Positions 1 through 14,241 of a stretch of 64,000 bases of DNA are shown here, piece after piece. The stretch spans positions 75,516,001 through 75,580,000 of the forward strand of contig NC_043003.1 in assembly GCF_006345805.1 (NCBI RefSeq), given 5' to 3'. The translations under genes and the position numbers were made by a program. The stretch is from Octopus sinensis (Eukaryota). The notes under the pieces were generated by a model, which was not told the DNA's origin, made no database searches, and saw only the letters and a list, made by a program, of their open reading frames with translations. How positions within the stretch are numbered: position 1 is the stretch's first letter; every line of letters starts with the position of its first letter.

Positions 1-1394
1 TTCCGAATTCCGCAACATATCATCTATGATTGTTATTTGAATCATATACTTTCCCCCGTTTTCTTGTAGTTCCAACGTTTTCAAATTCTGAGATTCGTGT
101 TGTCATACGTAATCTTCGAGGATATTGAATAAATTCCGTCAGATTTTCATGCAATGAAAGTTAGATCCTTTCATTCATAACCATTTTATTTGGGAAGCAC
201 TAAACAAAACGATAGATTTGATACCACTAAATATCTTTGTTACAAGTATAAGGCTATTTACTATTACCGATATTTTCGTATACCCATTATAACTTCACCA
301 AATGAAAAGATGTGAAAACTATTTAAACATAAACATCTTTTTTTAAGTCGTATTTAAGTAAAAGTTTCTTGACAGATTTCGTTCAGCAATGAATCACAGT
401 CAATTCCTTTTCATATATTTATGTCAAGTCTAATTTTGTTTTTAATGGTGATAATATGGTTTTCTACTGTGTCTATATAAGCACATAATAATCTTTGCAG
501 TCAGAATAGTTAACCATTCCCTTTCACTGAAATAACTGTTACTTTAACTGATGCATGTAAAACAAATACAAGCAGCATGTAAATACACACACATTGCACT
601 AGACAAAAAGCATAACTTTAGCATTCATTCTCTCAGATTCAGTGCTCCTGTCTTCAAACAGGTTGAGTTTTGGTTATCTAGTGAGCTAGATCCGTTAACA
701 TCACACATTCCTATTTCCTTCAATTCGACTGAGCATGTGTTTATACGTGGCTCAGGAAACGTAAGAAACACGCATCACAACAAAGCATAAACAAAGCATC
801 GGCAGCAACTTTACACATTATAATCAAATCACATATTAATCATTTTGATTTCCCCAATGCACCTTCTCCTTCGTTCTTTCCATCTTCAATTAACCGTGAT
901 TATCTGCAAAGTAGAAGTACTACGGGAAAATGAAACTGTTAGTTAGAATCCACACTAATTGTGTTTGGATAATGAAGATCAATTCTATTAGATGCAGATG
1001 TGTCATATTCTACGATGTATAATGACATTCATTTAGATCTCAATTTATTTGAGAATTTGATAACGGCTTGTATTATGTGATTGTGGTCGAATTCCCAATT
1101 GCATTAACACAGTACGTTGGCCTACTCTGCCAGGAAAGGATATTTCATTATACTACATTAACGGAATTTTATATAATACACACTCACACAAAATTATATA
1201 GAGAAACATACACATTAACAAGCTTATATATGTATACGTATATACATATTAATATATAAGTATAAACATATTTTTATATACATAAGAATGTTATTTATTA
1301 TATTTATATGCATGTGCTTATGTGTGTGCGTGTGGTGGGGTTATATGTATGGACGTTCGTGGATCTATGTAAACAAGTATGCAAACAGGTCGCT

Positions 1395-1960
1395 CCTAAC
1401 GCACCGCCGATTTACAGATGACGTCGCACACATCGCCGAAAACCCAGATAGGCTACAAACCAATAGCAGAGCAGTCGGCGTTAAAATAAAGAACCTGAAA
1501 AAAAATTACCTGCGGTCCAAAGACATGACGCAAGGCTGAATACAGGTGAAAGTTCATGTTTTCGAGGAGGTTAATTGATACGTTATTGGGGGCACAAAGC
1601 ATATATATATGTCGGGATATGAACTCTGAAATCTTGAAGAGAACAAGAACAGAATAGAAGGAGGATACATCTATAAATGGTATGCTCGAAGTAAAATAGT
1701 AAAAGATCCTACGTACTAGTGCCGTCATTACGAATAAAACCTCTAGCTTTATATGCAACTGATACGTGGGCTACAAGGAGAAGGGAGGAATATTTATTGC
1801 CTGTGAGGCAAGCTAAAAATATCATTGCGGGAGCGCATCTGAAATGTGTTGGACTCGAGGATGAAGTGTGATTAACTACCTCATCATCATAGAATAACGA
1901 AAGACCATGTTTCACTGAACCTGGAATCTCGCAAGCTCCATAGACAACTGGAGGACGTGT
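1395..1960 (+). mobile_element. Degenerate RTE-like non-LTR RT fragment
   Basis: Frame of ORF 1288..1539 reads RRFTDDVAHIAENPDRLQ...SRAVGVKI, matching the RTE RT motif LRFADDIVL.AE...LQ...S..VGLKIN; LYATDTW near 1750 resembles LYG.ETW. Many stops and frameshifts. Confidence 0.45.
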
Positions 1961-4023
1961 CCAGTCTCAGTGTGTATGCAAGTGATAAGAAAAAGCTACT
2001 CAGCTAAACAACAGCACCATTATAAAATACCATTATAAAATAAGATATCAACTTCTTTGGTGGAAGGTGGGAAAAAATCTATGCATTTCTTGACGTTCTT
2101 TGCAGCCCGTGCGAATTTGATTGGTGTACCGGAACAAATCTTGTAAAAGAAATATATACTGTATAAAAATGTTATCGTTATGAAATTTTCCGTAAATTTC
2201 AGTATGGAAAAGTAATAGCCCCTCTTGGACTTTTACTCTGGATTCCATTTCGGTGCGAAAATTATGCATGGCTAGAAAATATTTTAGCAAGCTGCAACAG
2301 TTGCAAAGTACTTGGAGGTAGAAACAAGTAGTTGTTGTTCTCGACACCGCAAGATCGAGAAGGAAGTAAATCTTAGACGACTGATTTATTCCATGTTAAT
2401 GTCTGTTAGTATCAGGCATGTTAAAGAACACTCATAGTCTGAAACCCATTGCAATTATCATACAACACAGGAAATTTAATACATAGTGCATCTTGTAAAA
2501 ATGCATGCATCCCACAGGATAGCTAGGGAACACTGCAACCTGACTTAGTGTGTTTACACTTACTCCTATAAAGCTAAAACATTTCTCCGTGTCAAGATAG
2601 AGTAAATGGCTTTCTAACGGAGATTCAAATATGCCTCAGTCATTTTTGAACTGGTAACATGTTTATATATATATACGTCATAGCTTATATCTATTATTTA
2701 TTTCATTATGCCCGAACCGTTTACTAGCGCAATCAGTAGCAGTATACTGACTGGAATATAATAAGAAGAGAAAACTATCTCGGGTCAATCTCTTGCCTCT
2801 ACCCCTTCCATTGTCTGATGTTGAAGAGGAGATTACCACTCTGAAATGCATGCATGCATCCATCAGTCTGGTTAAGGGTTGCTTTGAGCTGATTTACTGT
2901 GTGTACAGTCTTGATCGGAAGCAAAACTAGAAATTTTTCCGTTCATTTGAGACCTTGCTCCAGCTAAGTCATTACAAGTATGCTTTAATCATTAATCATT
3001 CAGTCGAATGCTTCCACTCTATGAAATCCACCCTCTGAGCATCATTCAGCCCTCACTGGTTCAAATCTGAATATTAATCGCATTGTATCCCCTCCCCTAC
3101 CTATCATATCTTAGTGAAATGGAAACTTAATAAGACACGAAAAGCATAAAGAAATCAGTTATCTGTCACGAAAATAAAGTCGAAATCTTGCGAAACTATA
3201 TTTGGAACAGACTGTCAGACCAAAAGAAAACATACTCGGCTGCCTCTATGCTGGTTGTTGCATAGAAATTTTAATCGATACCAAGCATCCTTTACAATTT
3301 TAAACATTTCGAGATTGGAAGCTAAAACAACACCGGTTGGACTTGAACTTCAGATTTTATGACATGGAACTGTATATAGCAAAATATATGAACCGAAATG
3401 CTCACCAGTTTTACCAACATGAAATTAAATGAAACAAAGCAGCGTAATAATAAGATTTACAAAAAATAATATCCCAAAATAACTGTGGAATATGTTTGTC
3501 TCTTTCTAGAGGAGACTGAAGAGTGCAATGTAATTCATTTGATAACATAACAATGGCTTTTGTGCTGCCATTAAAAAAAGCGACCTGCTGCCATTGTTGG
3601 AGAATATTTTCTGCAGTAAATGTTGTAGCTGCCATTATTATTTGTTTTTTTTTCATTTTTTCCTTTTTTGTAAGTTGACATTGTTGTAATTATAATTCAT
3701 ATAATTACATCATCCTTTTGATTCAGCTGTTTATTCTAAGTGTATTCGTTTAGAAGTTTACTATTATGTCTGTATTTCTGTAAACATGTACTTCGCTATC
3801 TGTGTATACATGTACTTAGTCATTGTATATACATGCACTTAGTGATTTATTAACTTGGAGCATTTTGCACTCAGTGCATTTCAAACAAAGAGTTAAAACA
3901 AAACAAATAAAACATGATATACAGAATAAAGATATTCTGAAACGATATTTTAATGAAATATGAAATAGCCTATACAACTACTCAACACAGCCTCCATATC
4001 ACATTTTGCCTGAACTCCAAGTT

Positions 4024-4069
4024 CTAAACAATATTTGTTTGTAGATCTATGTCTATGCTGATATTATTA

Positions 4070-4124
<55 letters not shown>

Positions 4125-4271
4125 TGTTATTATTATCATTATTGTTATTATCATTATTATTATTATTGTTGTTGTTGTTGTTTTTGTTATTTTTGCTGTT
4201 GCTGTTGCTGTTGACGTTGTTGTTCGTGTTATTATTATTATTGTCATCATCATCATCCTCCCCATCATCAC

Positions 4272-4302
<31 letters not shown>

Positions 4303-4345
4303 TTCCTCATCATCTCCATCATCATCATCATAATTACTGATAATT
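4024..4345. repeat. Compound trinucleotide microsatellite (ATT)n/(GTT)n/(ATC)n
   Basis: Read directly; explains the poly-N/D, poly-L/S and poly-M/I pseudo-ORFs. Confidence 0.97.
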
Positions 4346-4548
4346 TCGATCAAAGCTATTCAAAGTATTTCAAAAGTTATAGGAAAATATCAAATATGAA
4401 TTATTAAGTTACTTTGCATCTAAATATTGAAGATTATAAATAAAATCCAGTGGGAATAAAGAAGCATTTATTTGCAGCCCTTCTAATCGCTCGGTATTCT
4501 TTTTTATTTTCAATTAAATATGTTCTAATATATAATAAATTCTGATAA

Positions 4549-4552
<4 letters not shown>

Positions 4553-4597
<45 letters not shown>
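4553..4597. repeat. (CA)n microsatellite
   Basis: Read directly. Confidence 0.97.
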
Positions 4598-4598
<1 letters not shown>

Positions 4599-5374
4599 GA
4601 AATATATAGATAATGAAAGAAGGCATATAGCGTATCTATTCAAATTACTCGACCACATATATATTGCGCTCAGACGTCCGCACTTACTCTTATGAAAACC
4701 CAACTATACATAGTTTGAGTATGTTGTTTCTAGATAAGCCTTCTACGCAGCTACGATATTTCCGCTTACCTGGATACTCCAACTTCTATTTAGAAATCGC
4801 ATATTTGCACATTACCTTCCAGATTTTTGCTACTACCATGACCCTCAGACTTAGCGCATTGAACAATCGCATCTTTCGTTGATGAAACAGAAATGAAGCC
4901 GAATGTAGGTAAAGTTGTTCCATTAAACATGTTTTAAGAACACTATTTCTTTCAAGTAACACAGAATTATTTTCAGGCATTATAAGTCCAGTGCTCATTG
5001 AAATCATCGATATGCCATTAACGATTTAATTTAGTTGTTTGACATTCTTGATAAATAGGAGTTTCTGTGTCTATAACCCCGCTCATGTTATTAACAGGTT
5101 ATACTTTCTTCAACAGATATTACAAAGCAGCATCGTGTTCGAGGATTTAACGTTTTCTCCAGTGCTATTTCTCGAATTGATACCTTCTTTAGCAACTCAT
5201 GAGAGTGAAATATAGCGCTGAATTAGGGTTCTTAAACTCAAACAGCAACATAGGAAACTTCGTATGATAAGACAGTCAGTAATTAATACAAAACATATAA
5301 GAATAAATTATATACGTGCTGACTGCCAGGACAGGACTTAGTTGAAAGGTACTGGTTAAAAAAAAATTAGTAGA

Positions 5375-7547
5375 TTGCATGTGAGGCTGAGGGAACAAAT
5401 TATAGATTGCCCTAATGAAGGACTAAAATTAGATTGGATAACTAGAGGGAGAACGGTATTCCCTATGGAAGACTATATCAAGGGTAATACCGATAGCAAT
5501 TACAGACCAATCACTTGCTTACCGTTAGTGTGGAAGCTGTTCGCAGGAATGCTTTCAGGAGGTTTTTACGAGCACCTTGACAACCAGAATTTACTGCCAG
5601 GAGGACAGAAAGGTTGTAGGAAGAAGGCGAGAGAAACATATGCATTATTATACAAAGACAGGAGGACAGAAAGGTTGTAGGAAGAAGGCGAGAGAAACAT
5701 ATGCATTATTATACAAAGACAATGCAGCTCTAAATGAAGTAAAATCTAGGAAGAATAATCTAAAAATAGCATGCATAAATTATAAGAAATCTTATGATAT
5801 GATCCCACACTCATTGAAAAGTGAATGCTTGAGTATATTCAATATTACAGACAGCATATTGAGAATTAATTAGACAGAGAATTAATTGGAATTAGCACGA
5901 AGAAATGGAAAATAAATCTCTACAAAATGGGAAGTAGATTTCTACAATTTTCCAAGGAAACTCGTCATCCTCTTAATATTTGTCTTATGTTTTATCACTT
6001 TCAGTTTAGATTTAAAGAAGGCAAAGGAAGGGTATCAGTTCAGAAATACTAAAGGTAGAAATTAACCATTTGCAAGATGAATGATCGGAAGCTTTGTAGT
6101 AAGAAGGAAAAATAGATGGATTCTTTAATACATAGTGTAAGACACTTTATTAAAAAAATGGTATGGCATTTGGCATAGATAAATGTACCAAATTATTGAC
6201 GAGAGGGGACATGTAGTTAAAAGCAAAGGCATCTAATTACTAGATGGACATATATTAAAATCGTTGGAAGGAGGAGAGAGGTAAAAGTACCTAGGATTAT
6301 TACAATGTGATAGAGCACTAACTATAGAAATGAAAACGAAAATTGAGAATGAGTACATCAGAAGGGTGAGGATGCTGGGGAGTTAAAGCTAAATTGTCTG
6401 AATCTAGTAAAGGCTGTAAATATAGGGGCAGTATCATTGCTAAGCTACTCAGCAGCTTTGTACATTGGACTAAACATAGATTAGCAAAGCTTGACAAAAT
6501 AACTAGGAACGGATTCGAGAGGAATGGAGGACTCCACCCACGAGCAGGATTAACAAGATTATACTTACCTAGAAGGGAAAGTGGAAGAGTGTTAATATCA
6601 GTTGAAGACTGAGTAGAGTTAGATATAGACGTCTATGTAGGTAATCGTGAAGAAAGTTTATTCAGAGCTGCTAGAGTCACAGCAGGGCATAGGAAAACCA
6701 AAAGTCAAAATAAAGTTAAAACCAGGAAAGTGAACAAATATAATCTTACTGATAAAAGAAAGCTTTGCATGGTAGATTCCTAAATATATTTGCAGCAAAT
6801 AGTAGTAGTGGAACATAGTTATGGTTGCAGAAATGAAGGTTGAAAAGGGAGACACAGAGTTTGTTAGCAGCAGTACAAGATCAAGCATCAATGACTAACT
6901 GGATACAACCCATAATAGACAAAAACTAGGTGGATTCCCAGTGTGGGTGATGCAAATCAAAGGAAGAAATATTTACTCATATAGTAAGTGAATGAAGCAT
7001 ACTCGCACGGAAGGATACAAGAAAACACATAACAAACTAGGGAGAGTAATCCACTGGGAGTAATGGAGGAAGCTAGTATTTTACCATACTGATAAAAGGT
7101 ATGAACATAAACCTAGTAAAGTACTAGAAAGTAAGAAACACAAGTTGCTGTGGGACTTTAATATTCCGAAGTTAGAAGACCTTATTTAGTGGCAGGAGAT
7201 AAAGAGAATAGAAAGTGCCATATAATTGACTTTGCTGTCCCAAATGATAAGCAAATAAAGATGTGGTACAGCGAAAATAGCAAGGTACCAGGATTTAGTT
7301 ATTGAATTACAGAGACTATGGAAAGTGTGAGTAAAATGTATCCAAGTAATTATAGGTACATTAGGAACTATCCCTAAAGATTTAAACAGGTGGGTAGAGG
7401 AAATAGGCATAAAACCTAGTCAGGTATATCTCCAGAAAACTGTGCTATTAGAAACATCTAGGAGACTTAGGGTTTTGACATGTAAGATTACATATTGTTA
7501 TTCGGTATTAGGAATGTTTCTATTCTTCCAGTTTTATCTGTTGCGAG
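5375..7547 (+). mobile_element. Decayed R4/Dong-clade (RLE-type) non-LTR retrotransposon, copy A, 5'-truncated
   Basis: RT motifs NYRPITCLPLVWKLFAGML, QKGCRK, NYKKSYDMIPHS; RLYLPRRESGR; degenerate CCHC knuckle near 6945-6990; RLE segment LLWDFNI...IIDFAVPND...RYQDL.IELQRLW...PVIIGTLGTIP...LQKTVLL. Ends in a TAA/TGA repeat at 7547-7573. Many stops and frameshifts. Confidence 0.85.
5598..5721 (+). repeat. Exact 61-bp tandem duplication inside Dong copy A
   Basis: caggaggacagaaaggttgtaggaagaaggcgagagaaacatatgcattattatacaaaga occurs at 5598 and 5659. Confidence 0.95.
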
Positions 7548-7573
7548 ATAATGATAATGATAATAATAATAAG

Positions 7574-9205
7574 AAACCTGGATAAATGTGCAAAAGCTCC
7601 CTTTATCAAAGAAAAATTGACAGAAACATCTAACGTTAACGTTGACAAGCAGAACGTCATAAAAGAGTTAGAACCAGTGGAAAACTACAAATACCTAGAG
7701 GTAATTGAAGTGGACGGAATCAAACAAGCAATGATTAGGGAAAGGATCAGAAGAGAATGTTATCGCAGAGTGAGAGCTATACTGAATACAGAGCTGAATG
7801 CAAGAAACAGGATCGAAGCAACCAATGTTGTAGCCATACTAGTGGTGACTTACAGTGTCAATGTCATTAACTGGCCAATTACTGAAATATTTAATCTTGA
7901 CAGAAAAATACGGACACTGTATGGAATGCACCACGCTAAGGCAGATATAAAACGGCTTTATCTGCCAAGAAAAAAGGGAGGCCGTGGACTGTTACAACTG
8001 GCATTAAAAGTGAAGATTGCTACAATTGGCCTAGACAGCTACCTGAAAAAATCTGAGGACTGGATGTTAAAACTTGTCTCAAAACATGAAAACAAGGAAG
8101 CATTAAACTCAGTGACAAAACAGGCAAAAGAATATCTAAGTGAATTCCTAATACAGCAAATTTCAGAATTAGAAGTACTAGAAACAGGCGCAGAAAAAGC
8201 TAAGCGCAAAAACTGCTGCCTTAGATAATCTGACTGATAAATGACAAGGAAAATCTCTCAATGGTAAACACCCAAAGAGAGCTAATAATGTCAATGTTGG
8301 CAAAGCTCCTATCCATCAGTGGCTAATGGCTTCTAGCTTCTGGCTTAAAATCAGAAACAGAAGGCTTTATCGTAGTAGCCCAAGATCAACGTCTACCTAT
8401 AAGAAACTATCAGGCCAATATATTAAAGAACGGCAGGTCCACAATATGTCATGAATCTCAACAACAGAATGAGACCATTCACCATGTTGTCTCCACGTGA
8501 CGTCTTCTTACGCCTACAGAGTATCTCAACAGGCATGATAGAGCTGCACAATATATTCACTGGGTAATGTGCAAAACGTGGACTTTCCCCATGATAGAAA
8601 CCGGTAGGAAGACAAACCACCTCCAGTGCTTGCAAATGAATACATCTCACTCCTCTAGAACTTCACCATTCCAACTGACAGAAGGATAGATGCAAATGGG
8701 CCAGACATCATATTGAAAGCCTTCAGATAAAAATCATGCCCCCTAATTGATATGACTGTCCCAAATGATATAAACGTATCTGTGAAGACCTACCAAAACT
8801 GAGCAAGTATTAAGATCTTGAAATAGAAATTAGCAAAATGTGGAACCTGAAGACTAAAACGATACCTGTTGTCATAGGTGCCCTAGGAATGATAGAAAAA
8901 TGGGCTGATTGCTACCTAGCTCAGATACCAGGAAATCCCAAAATGGCAGAAATTCAAAAGATATTGGTCATAGGAAATGCCCATATCCTACTTAAAATAC
9001 TGACTATGTAATCTCAAAATTTAAAACAAACCCGTAATTTTCTTAAGCTTTCTTAAACATTCTCTAGAACAACACTGTGTACAAAACCAAATATTTGGCA
9101 CCCTAGGCATAAAACCAACAGGAACTTCTAACTCATTGTCTCTTGAGGTCTTTGGGTGAGACTTGGAGCCAACTTGTACACATGCAAAACTAAAATCAAC
9201 CATAA
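7574..9205 (+). mobile_element. Decayed R4/Dong-clade non-LTR retrotransposon, copy B (3' half, different subfamily)
   Basis: ORF 7551..8228: NLDKCAK, YKYLEV, HHAKADIKRLYLPRKKGGRGL. Downstream GLKSETEGFIV.AQDQ, knuckle remnant, HDRAAQYIHW, ANGPDIIL...LIDMTVPND, KMWNLKTKTIPVVIGALG. 3' UTR then (TAA)n tail. Confidence 0.9.

Positions 9206-9282
<77 letters not shown>
9206..9282 (+). repeat. (TAA)n tail/target of Dong copy B
   Basis: Near-perfect TAA run with one interruption near 9244. Confidence 0.95.
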
Positions 9283-9550
9283 CATGATGAAAGAATTGCT
9301 TGTCAGTTGCTTGACATGTCCCTTGGTGGCTGACGATATGTGCATCTCTGATCACGAGCAGAAGTAGTGTGGGACGCATCATAGCCATGTGTCGAGAGGA
9401 ATCCTTTGGGGTTTGGATAATTCACATTTGGAAACATAGGTGTTTTGGTAAACATCCTTAAACAGCCCTTATTCTGGGACCTCTTGATCGGGATGGGATG
9501 CGCAACCTCAAGAAAATTCTATCTGATTTGTGGCGTACAATTCTACCCCT
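9283..9550 (-). mobile_element. Interspersed repeat fragment (SINE-like 3' portion)
   Basis: GC-richer non-coding block between two microsatellites. Resembles a common octopus dispersed repeat by recollection only. Confidence 0.4.
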
Positions 9551-9556
9551 CCCCCC

Positions 9557-9590
9557 ATCATCATCATCATATTTCTCCTCCTCCTCCCCA

Positions 9591-9649
<59 letters not shown>

Positions 9650-9665
9650 GTTGTTGTTGTTGTTG

Positions 9666-9700
<35 letters not shown>

Positions 9701-9712
9701 AATAATAATAAT
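9557..9712. repeat. Compound (ATC)/(CCT)/(ATT)/(GTT)/(AAT) microsatellite
   Basis: Read directly. Confidence 0.95.
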
Positions 9713-10574
9713 ATATAGGAGAGGGAGAGAGACAGTGACGTATATGTACACATTGGGTTAGTGTAAAGTGAGAAAATTGAAAAAAACTTGAGAGCATATC
9801 TGAACGAGAATGGAGATAAGTGCCTACTATTATATTATGAGTATGCTTAATCTAAATATGCTTAGTATAAGTAACACAGATGAGTGTACAAATGGATGGG
9901 AACTAAAACTTCAACCTCTCTCTGAAACCCTTGCACCTTGAAAACGAAATCTAACAATGAAAATATTCATTATTCATCTAATATGTTAGTTGAGATGCAG
10001 ATAAATACAGGTTGTCTTGAAACGTGTATTTACACGGAACTCAAAATATAGGCTACAAAATAAAGAAAAATGACAACAAAACAGAATAGAAAACTTATGC
10101 ATAGTGTTATCTCAACAACTGTTTCCAGATAGGCTTAACTTACTATAAACGTATTCATACTTAATATGTGCATGGTGTCATATGTGAATGTGTCGTGCGA
10201 AAATTCCCGAGGAAATTGTTCAATTAATTTTGTAGCCTCTTCTACAGAATAATGGGGTTGACGTCGTGTGTATGTTATATTTGTTTTATTACGTAAGTTA
10301 TGACTAACGTGAAAACCCTGCCACAATAAGGCTTCAAGTATTTCTTCTGCTCTCTTTGCCCTTCCGTCAGTAATGTGTTTTTTTTTGTCCATGTAAATAT
10401 ATGTATCAAACTTTCCGTTTTTTTTTCTGCCTTTCTACTTACAGTTATGTCAGCGTATATAGCATATTTAGTGAGATTTACCACCGGAAATGCGACAAGA
10501 ACTAAATAAGTTCAAGTGATTCTGTTAATATCTTCGAAACCGAAATTGTTGCAACCTTAAAAGACTGTAGGATG

Positions 10575-10671
10575 TAGTAATGGACAATGTATGTATGAAT
10601 ATATGTATGAATGCATGTACGTATGTAAATATGGATATATGTACGTATGAATATGTATATGTATGTTTGTA

Positions 10672-10716
<45 letters not shown>

Positions 10717-10740
10717 ATATACATACATACATATATATAC

Positions 10741-10813
<73 letters not shown>

Positions 10814-10875
10814 TATATATATTATATATATATATATATATATAAGTGTGTGATTGTGCGTGTGTGTGTGAGTGT
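10575..10875. repeat. (TA)n/(TATG)n/(TG)n array
   Basis: Read directly. Confidence 0.95.
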
Positions 10876-12705
10876 ATATAAACCTGTAATGGATGCTTGT
10901 ATAGTGTACGTATGCGATTTCAAATATATTATATGTAACCAGTATCTAGATACTTATCAGTATTTTATATCAAGAAAGATATAACTGTGAAAAGCATTCG
11001 GGTTTTATTGTACGACCTTGGTCTAAAGTACGTCATTGGTCTAAATAGACAAACGGATTTTCAATATACTAGGAAAAGCTGTAGTCGTATATTGTTGAAT
11101 AACATCATCTCATCCACGTTTGAGTAAGGATAATGAAGGAATTATGAAATCCAAGACTGATGAAAATTTTAGGTTTGAGTGTCTGATGAAGTGTGACCTA
11201 GAGAAGGTACGTGCCTAGGATTGCATATTTTGCTAGGTTTCTTCAATGAAACACGTGAAAGAGAACGTAATTTAATAAAAGTGTTTTTATTCTTTTTTTG
11301 TTACATATGTGTATGTTTATGTGATTGTGTACATGATTTCGCATACAAATAAAAGTAAACACTCGATGTATGAAGTAGAAAACATATTTATTCAGGAAAT
11401 AGCGATTCAGGAAAATTTTAGTAAGAGATTGGCACACATGCAATGTTTGGGTGATAAGCTGGAGAGTTTACTAGTGAATGCATGTCACAGTGTAGACATA
11501 AAATTTCTGTCTTTGTAATCCACTCCACTGTGGTGATATCTAACATAATATTACAGGATTATGGTGGCATATTCTTTAGTACACAATGATGCCTGTGTGT
11601 AATTCAACTGATAATACCTTATCCCAAGTAAATATTCCAATGTTGTGAATTTTAAACATTTAGGAAACTTGCGTAAACGGCGAATATTACTGCTGGATGC
11701 CTCTTGCTTTAACAAAACAGATTATCCATGCAGGTTTTTCTTATAAAAGCAAATATTGAATCACTTCTTAAGATATCACATCTTAAGAAAACATCAATAC
11801 CATTTCTTAACGTAAAATAGAGCATTTGTAACGTGTATAATTTTTTTTGTTGTGAAATTAAAGGAGTGAGATTTGATACATCTTAGTAACAGAATATTGG
11901 AATTTCGGGCGCGAAAAATATTGCAGTATCATATATCGATTTATTAACTGTGTATGTTGACATTTTTTTATATTTATAAATTATCATATAACAACAAAAA
12001 ATATTTGATTATAGCAACCATAAAATATTGATTTTATTGAGATAAAATGTAAATTTGAACTCTTTTAAGATTTAAATTTATAATATAGAAGTGATCGACT
12101 TAATGAGGGATTTTTATTCAGTGAGTAGGTGTCCGTGTCTATTTCAAAGTTAATTCGTATCGGTAATATTCGAACTAATGCGTAGTTAAAAGAATGATAC
12201 ATCGTACTTAGTATCCTCACAGTTAGTGATTTTTGTTTATTAAATATCAGAAAAGAAATGAATACCTGAAATATCGGACTTCATAACTATAACATAACAG
12301 TGTTTCTCAAATCTTCAATTTAAAACTCGTATAATATTGACAGAAACGTTAAAGCATCGTACAATGAATTTTGCGATATTCTAACCCTTTATTTAGTGAA
12401 GTCAGATTTCTTTCTATTCCTCGGATTCGATGACGTACCACTTCGCATTTTTCTTTCTTTTTTTACGTCCTAAGCACTGAAACACATTCTATATCACCCC
12501 GATGGAATGGTGCTTTCTATAACATACACAGCAAAGACAAATGGAGCAAATTATGGACTCTCCCAACCATTTAATGTTTTGTCAGCTAAGTCACAATGAT
12601 TGTATCAGTGAATATTTCTTTAACTCTGGTTTGCGCATATCTGAGGAATTATTCACGCTAACTACTTTGTTAACTTGGGTAAGCACAGTATATATATATA
12701 TATAT

Positions 12706-13597
12706 ATTTATAAATGAGGGTGTAAAATTGATATTAATTTAATAATACCATTAATTTAACACCGAGTGGCTTAGCACAAAAAACTACGGAGAAAATACAA
12801 ATTTATACATAAATTATTAGAGAGTTAACCACTATGTGGATAACTCTAGTGCTAAAAATAGCCCCGATCGTATGTCCACAGAAAAAGATGTTTCCAACTA
12901 GAAGTAACATACATTTAACGGAAGGAAAGTGAAATATAACGAATAAATAGATTGACCCTGAACAAATTGTTTCATTACTAATGTAATATGCAATTTTACT
13001 TACATACACATCTATAAATCATCAGCAGAGGTTTGTCTTAAATACAATTAATTAGACCGACACGGGCGTTAAAAACACGAGCGGTTTAACGAATTGCATT
13101 TTTAGTTATGCCTCAAATACCCCGCCAAAAGCATGCCAAGTCTCCATTGGAAACGTATGCTGCATCAAATAAAATATTTACTACCGCATAATTAAATTTA
13201 TAAATTTATAAATGAGGGTGAAAAATTGATATTAATTTAATAATACCATTAATTTAACACCGAGTGGCTTAGCACAAAAAACTACGGAGAAAATACACAT
13301 TATACATAAATTATTACAAAGTTAACCACTGTGTAGATAACTCTAGTGCTAAAAATAGCCCCGATAGTATGGCCACAGAAAAAGATGTTTCCAACTAGAA
13401 GTAACATACATTTAACGGAAGGAAAGTGAAATATAACGAATAAATAGATTGACCCTGAACAAATTGTTTCATTACTAATGTAATATGCAATTTTACTTAC
13501 ATACACATCTATAAATCATCAGCAGAGGTTTGTCTTAAATACAACTAATTAGACCGACACGGGCGTCAAAAACACGAGCGGTTTAACGAATTGCATT
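12706..13597 (+). repeat. Direct tandem repeat, ~498-bp period (1.8 copies, few mismatches)
   Basis: atttataaatgagggtg at 12706 and 13204; near-identical pseudo-ORFs at 12803..13009 and 13300..13506. Confidence 0.95.
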
Positions 13598-13649
13598 AGA
13601 TTGACCCTGAAAAAATTGTTTTAAACATGGGTAAATGAAAAGCATGCCA

Positions 13650-13963
13650 GGGGAATTTGAGGCATAACTAAAAATGCAATTCGTTAAACCGCTCGTGTTT
13701 TGACGCCCGTGTCGGTCTAATTAATTGTATTTAAGACAAGCCTCTGCTGATGATTTATAGATGTGTATGTAAGTAAAATTACATATTACATTAGTAATGA
13801 AACAATTTGTTCAGGGTCAATCTATTTATTCGTTATATTCACTTTCCTTCCGTTAAATGTATGTTACTTCTAGTTGGAAATATATTTATCTGTGGCCATA
13901 CTATCGGGGTTATTTTTATCACTAGAGTTATCCACATAGTGGTTAACTCTCTAATAATTTATA
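13650..13963 (-). repeat. Inverted third copy of the 498-bp unit (reverse complement of ~12808-13123)
   Basis: gaggcataactaaaaatgcaattcg...ctctctaataattt is the reverse complement of the unit. Confidence 0.95.
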
Positions 13964-13984
13964 TATATATATATATAATCTCTT

Positions 13985-14153
13985 ACTGGCTGACGTTGTT
14001 ATACTGCGGCCATCTTGTAGCACCACCTTGAAGGATTTTTAGTTGAATGAATCGATTCCAATACATTCTCTTTAAAGCCTGGTCTCTTTTGCTGAACCGA
14101 TAAGTTACCAGAATGTAAACACGCAAACAGTTGTGTGTTTATACATAGCTATA

Positions 14154-14241
<88 letters not shown>

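Noticed and set aside
2048-2400. 99-aa minus ORF and a long plus frame with one stop
   Set aside because: No recognisable domain or splice structure.
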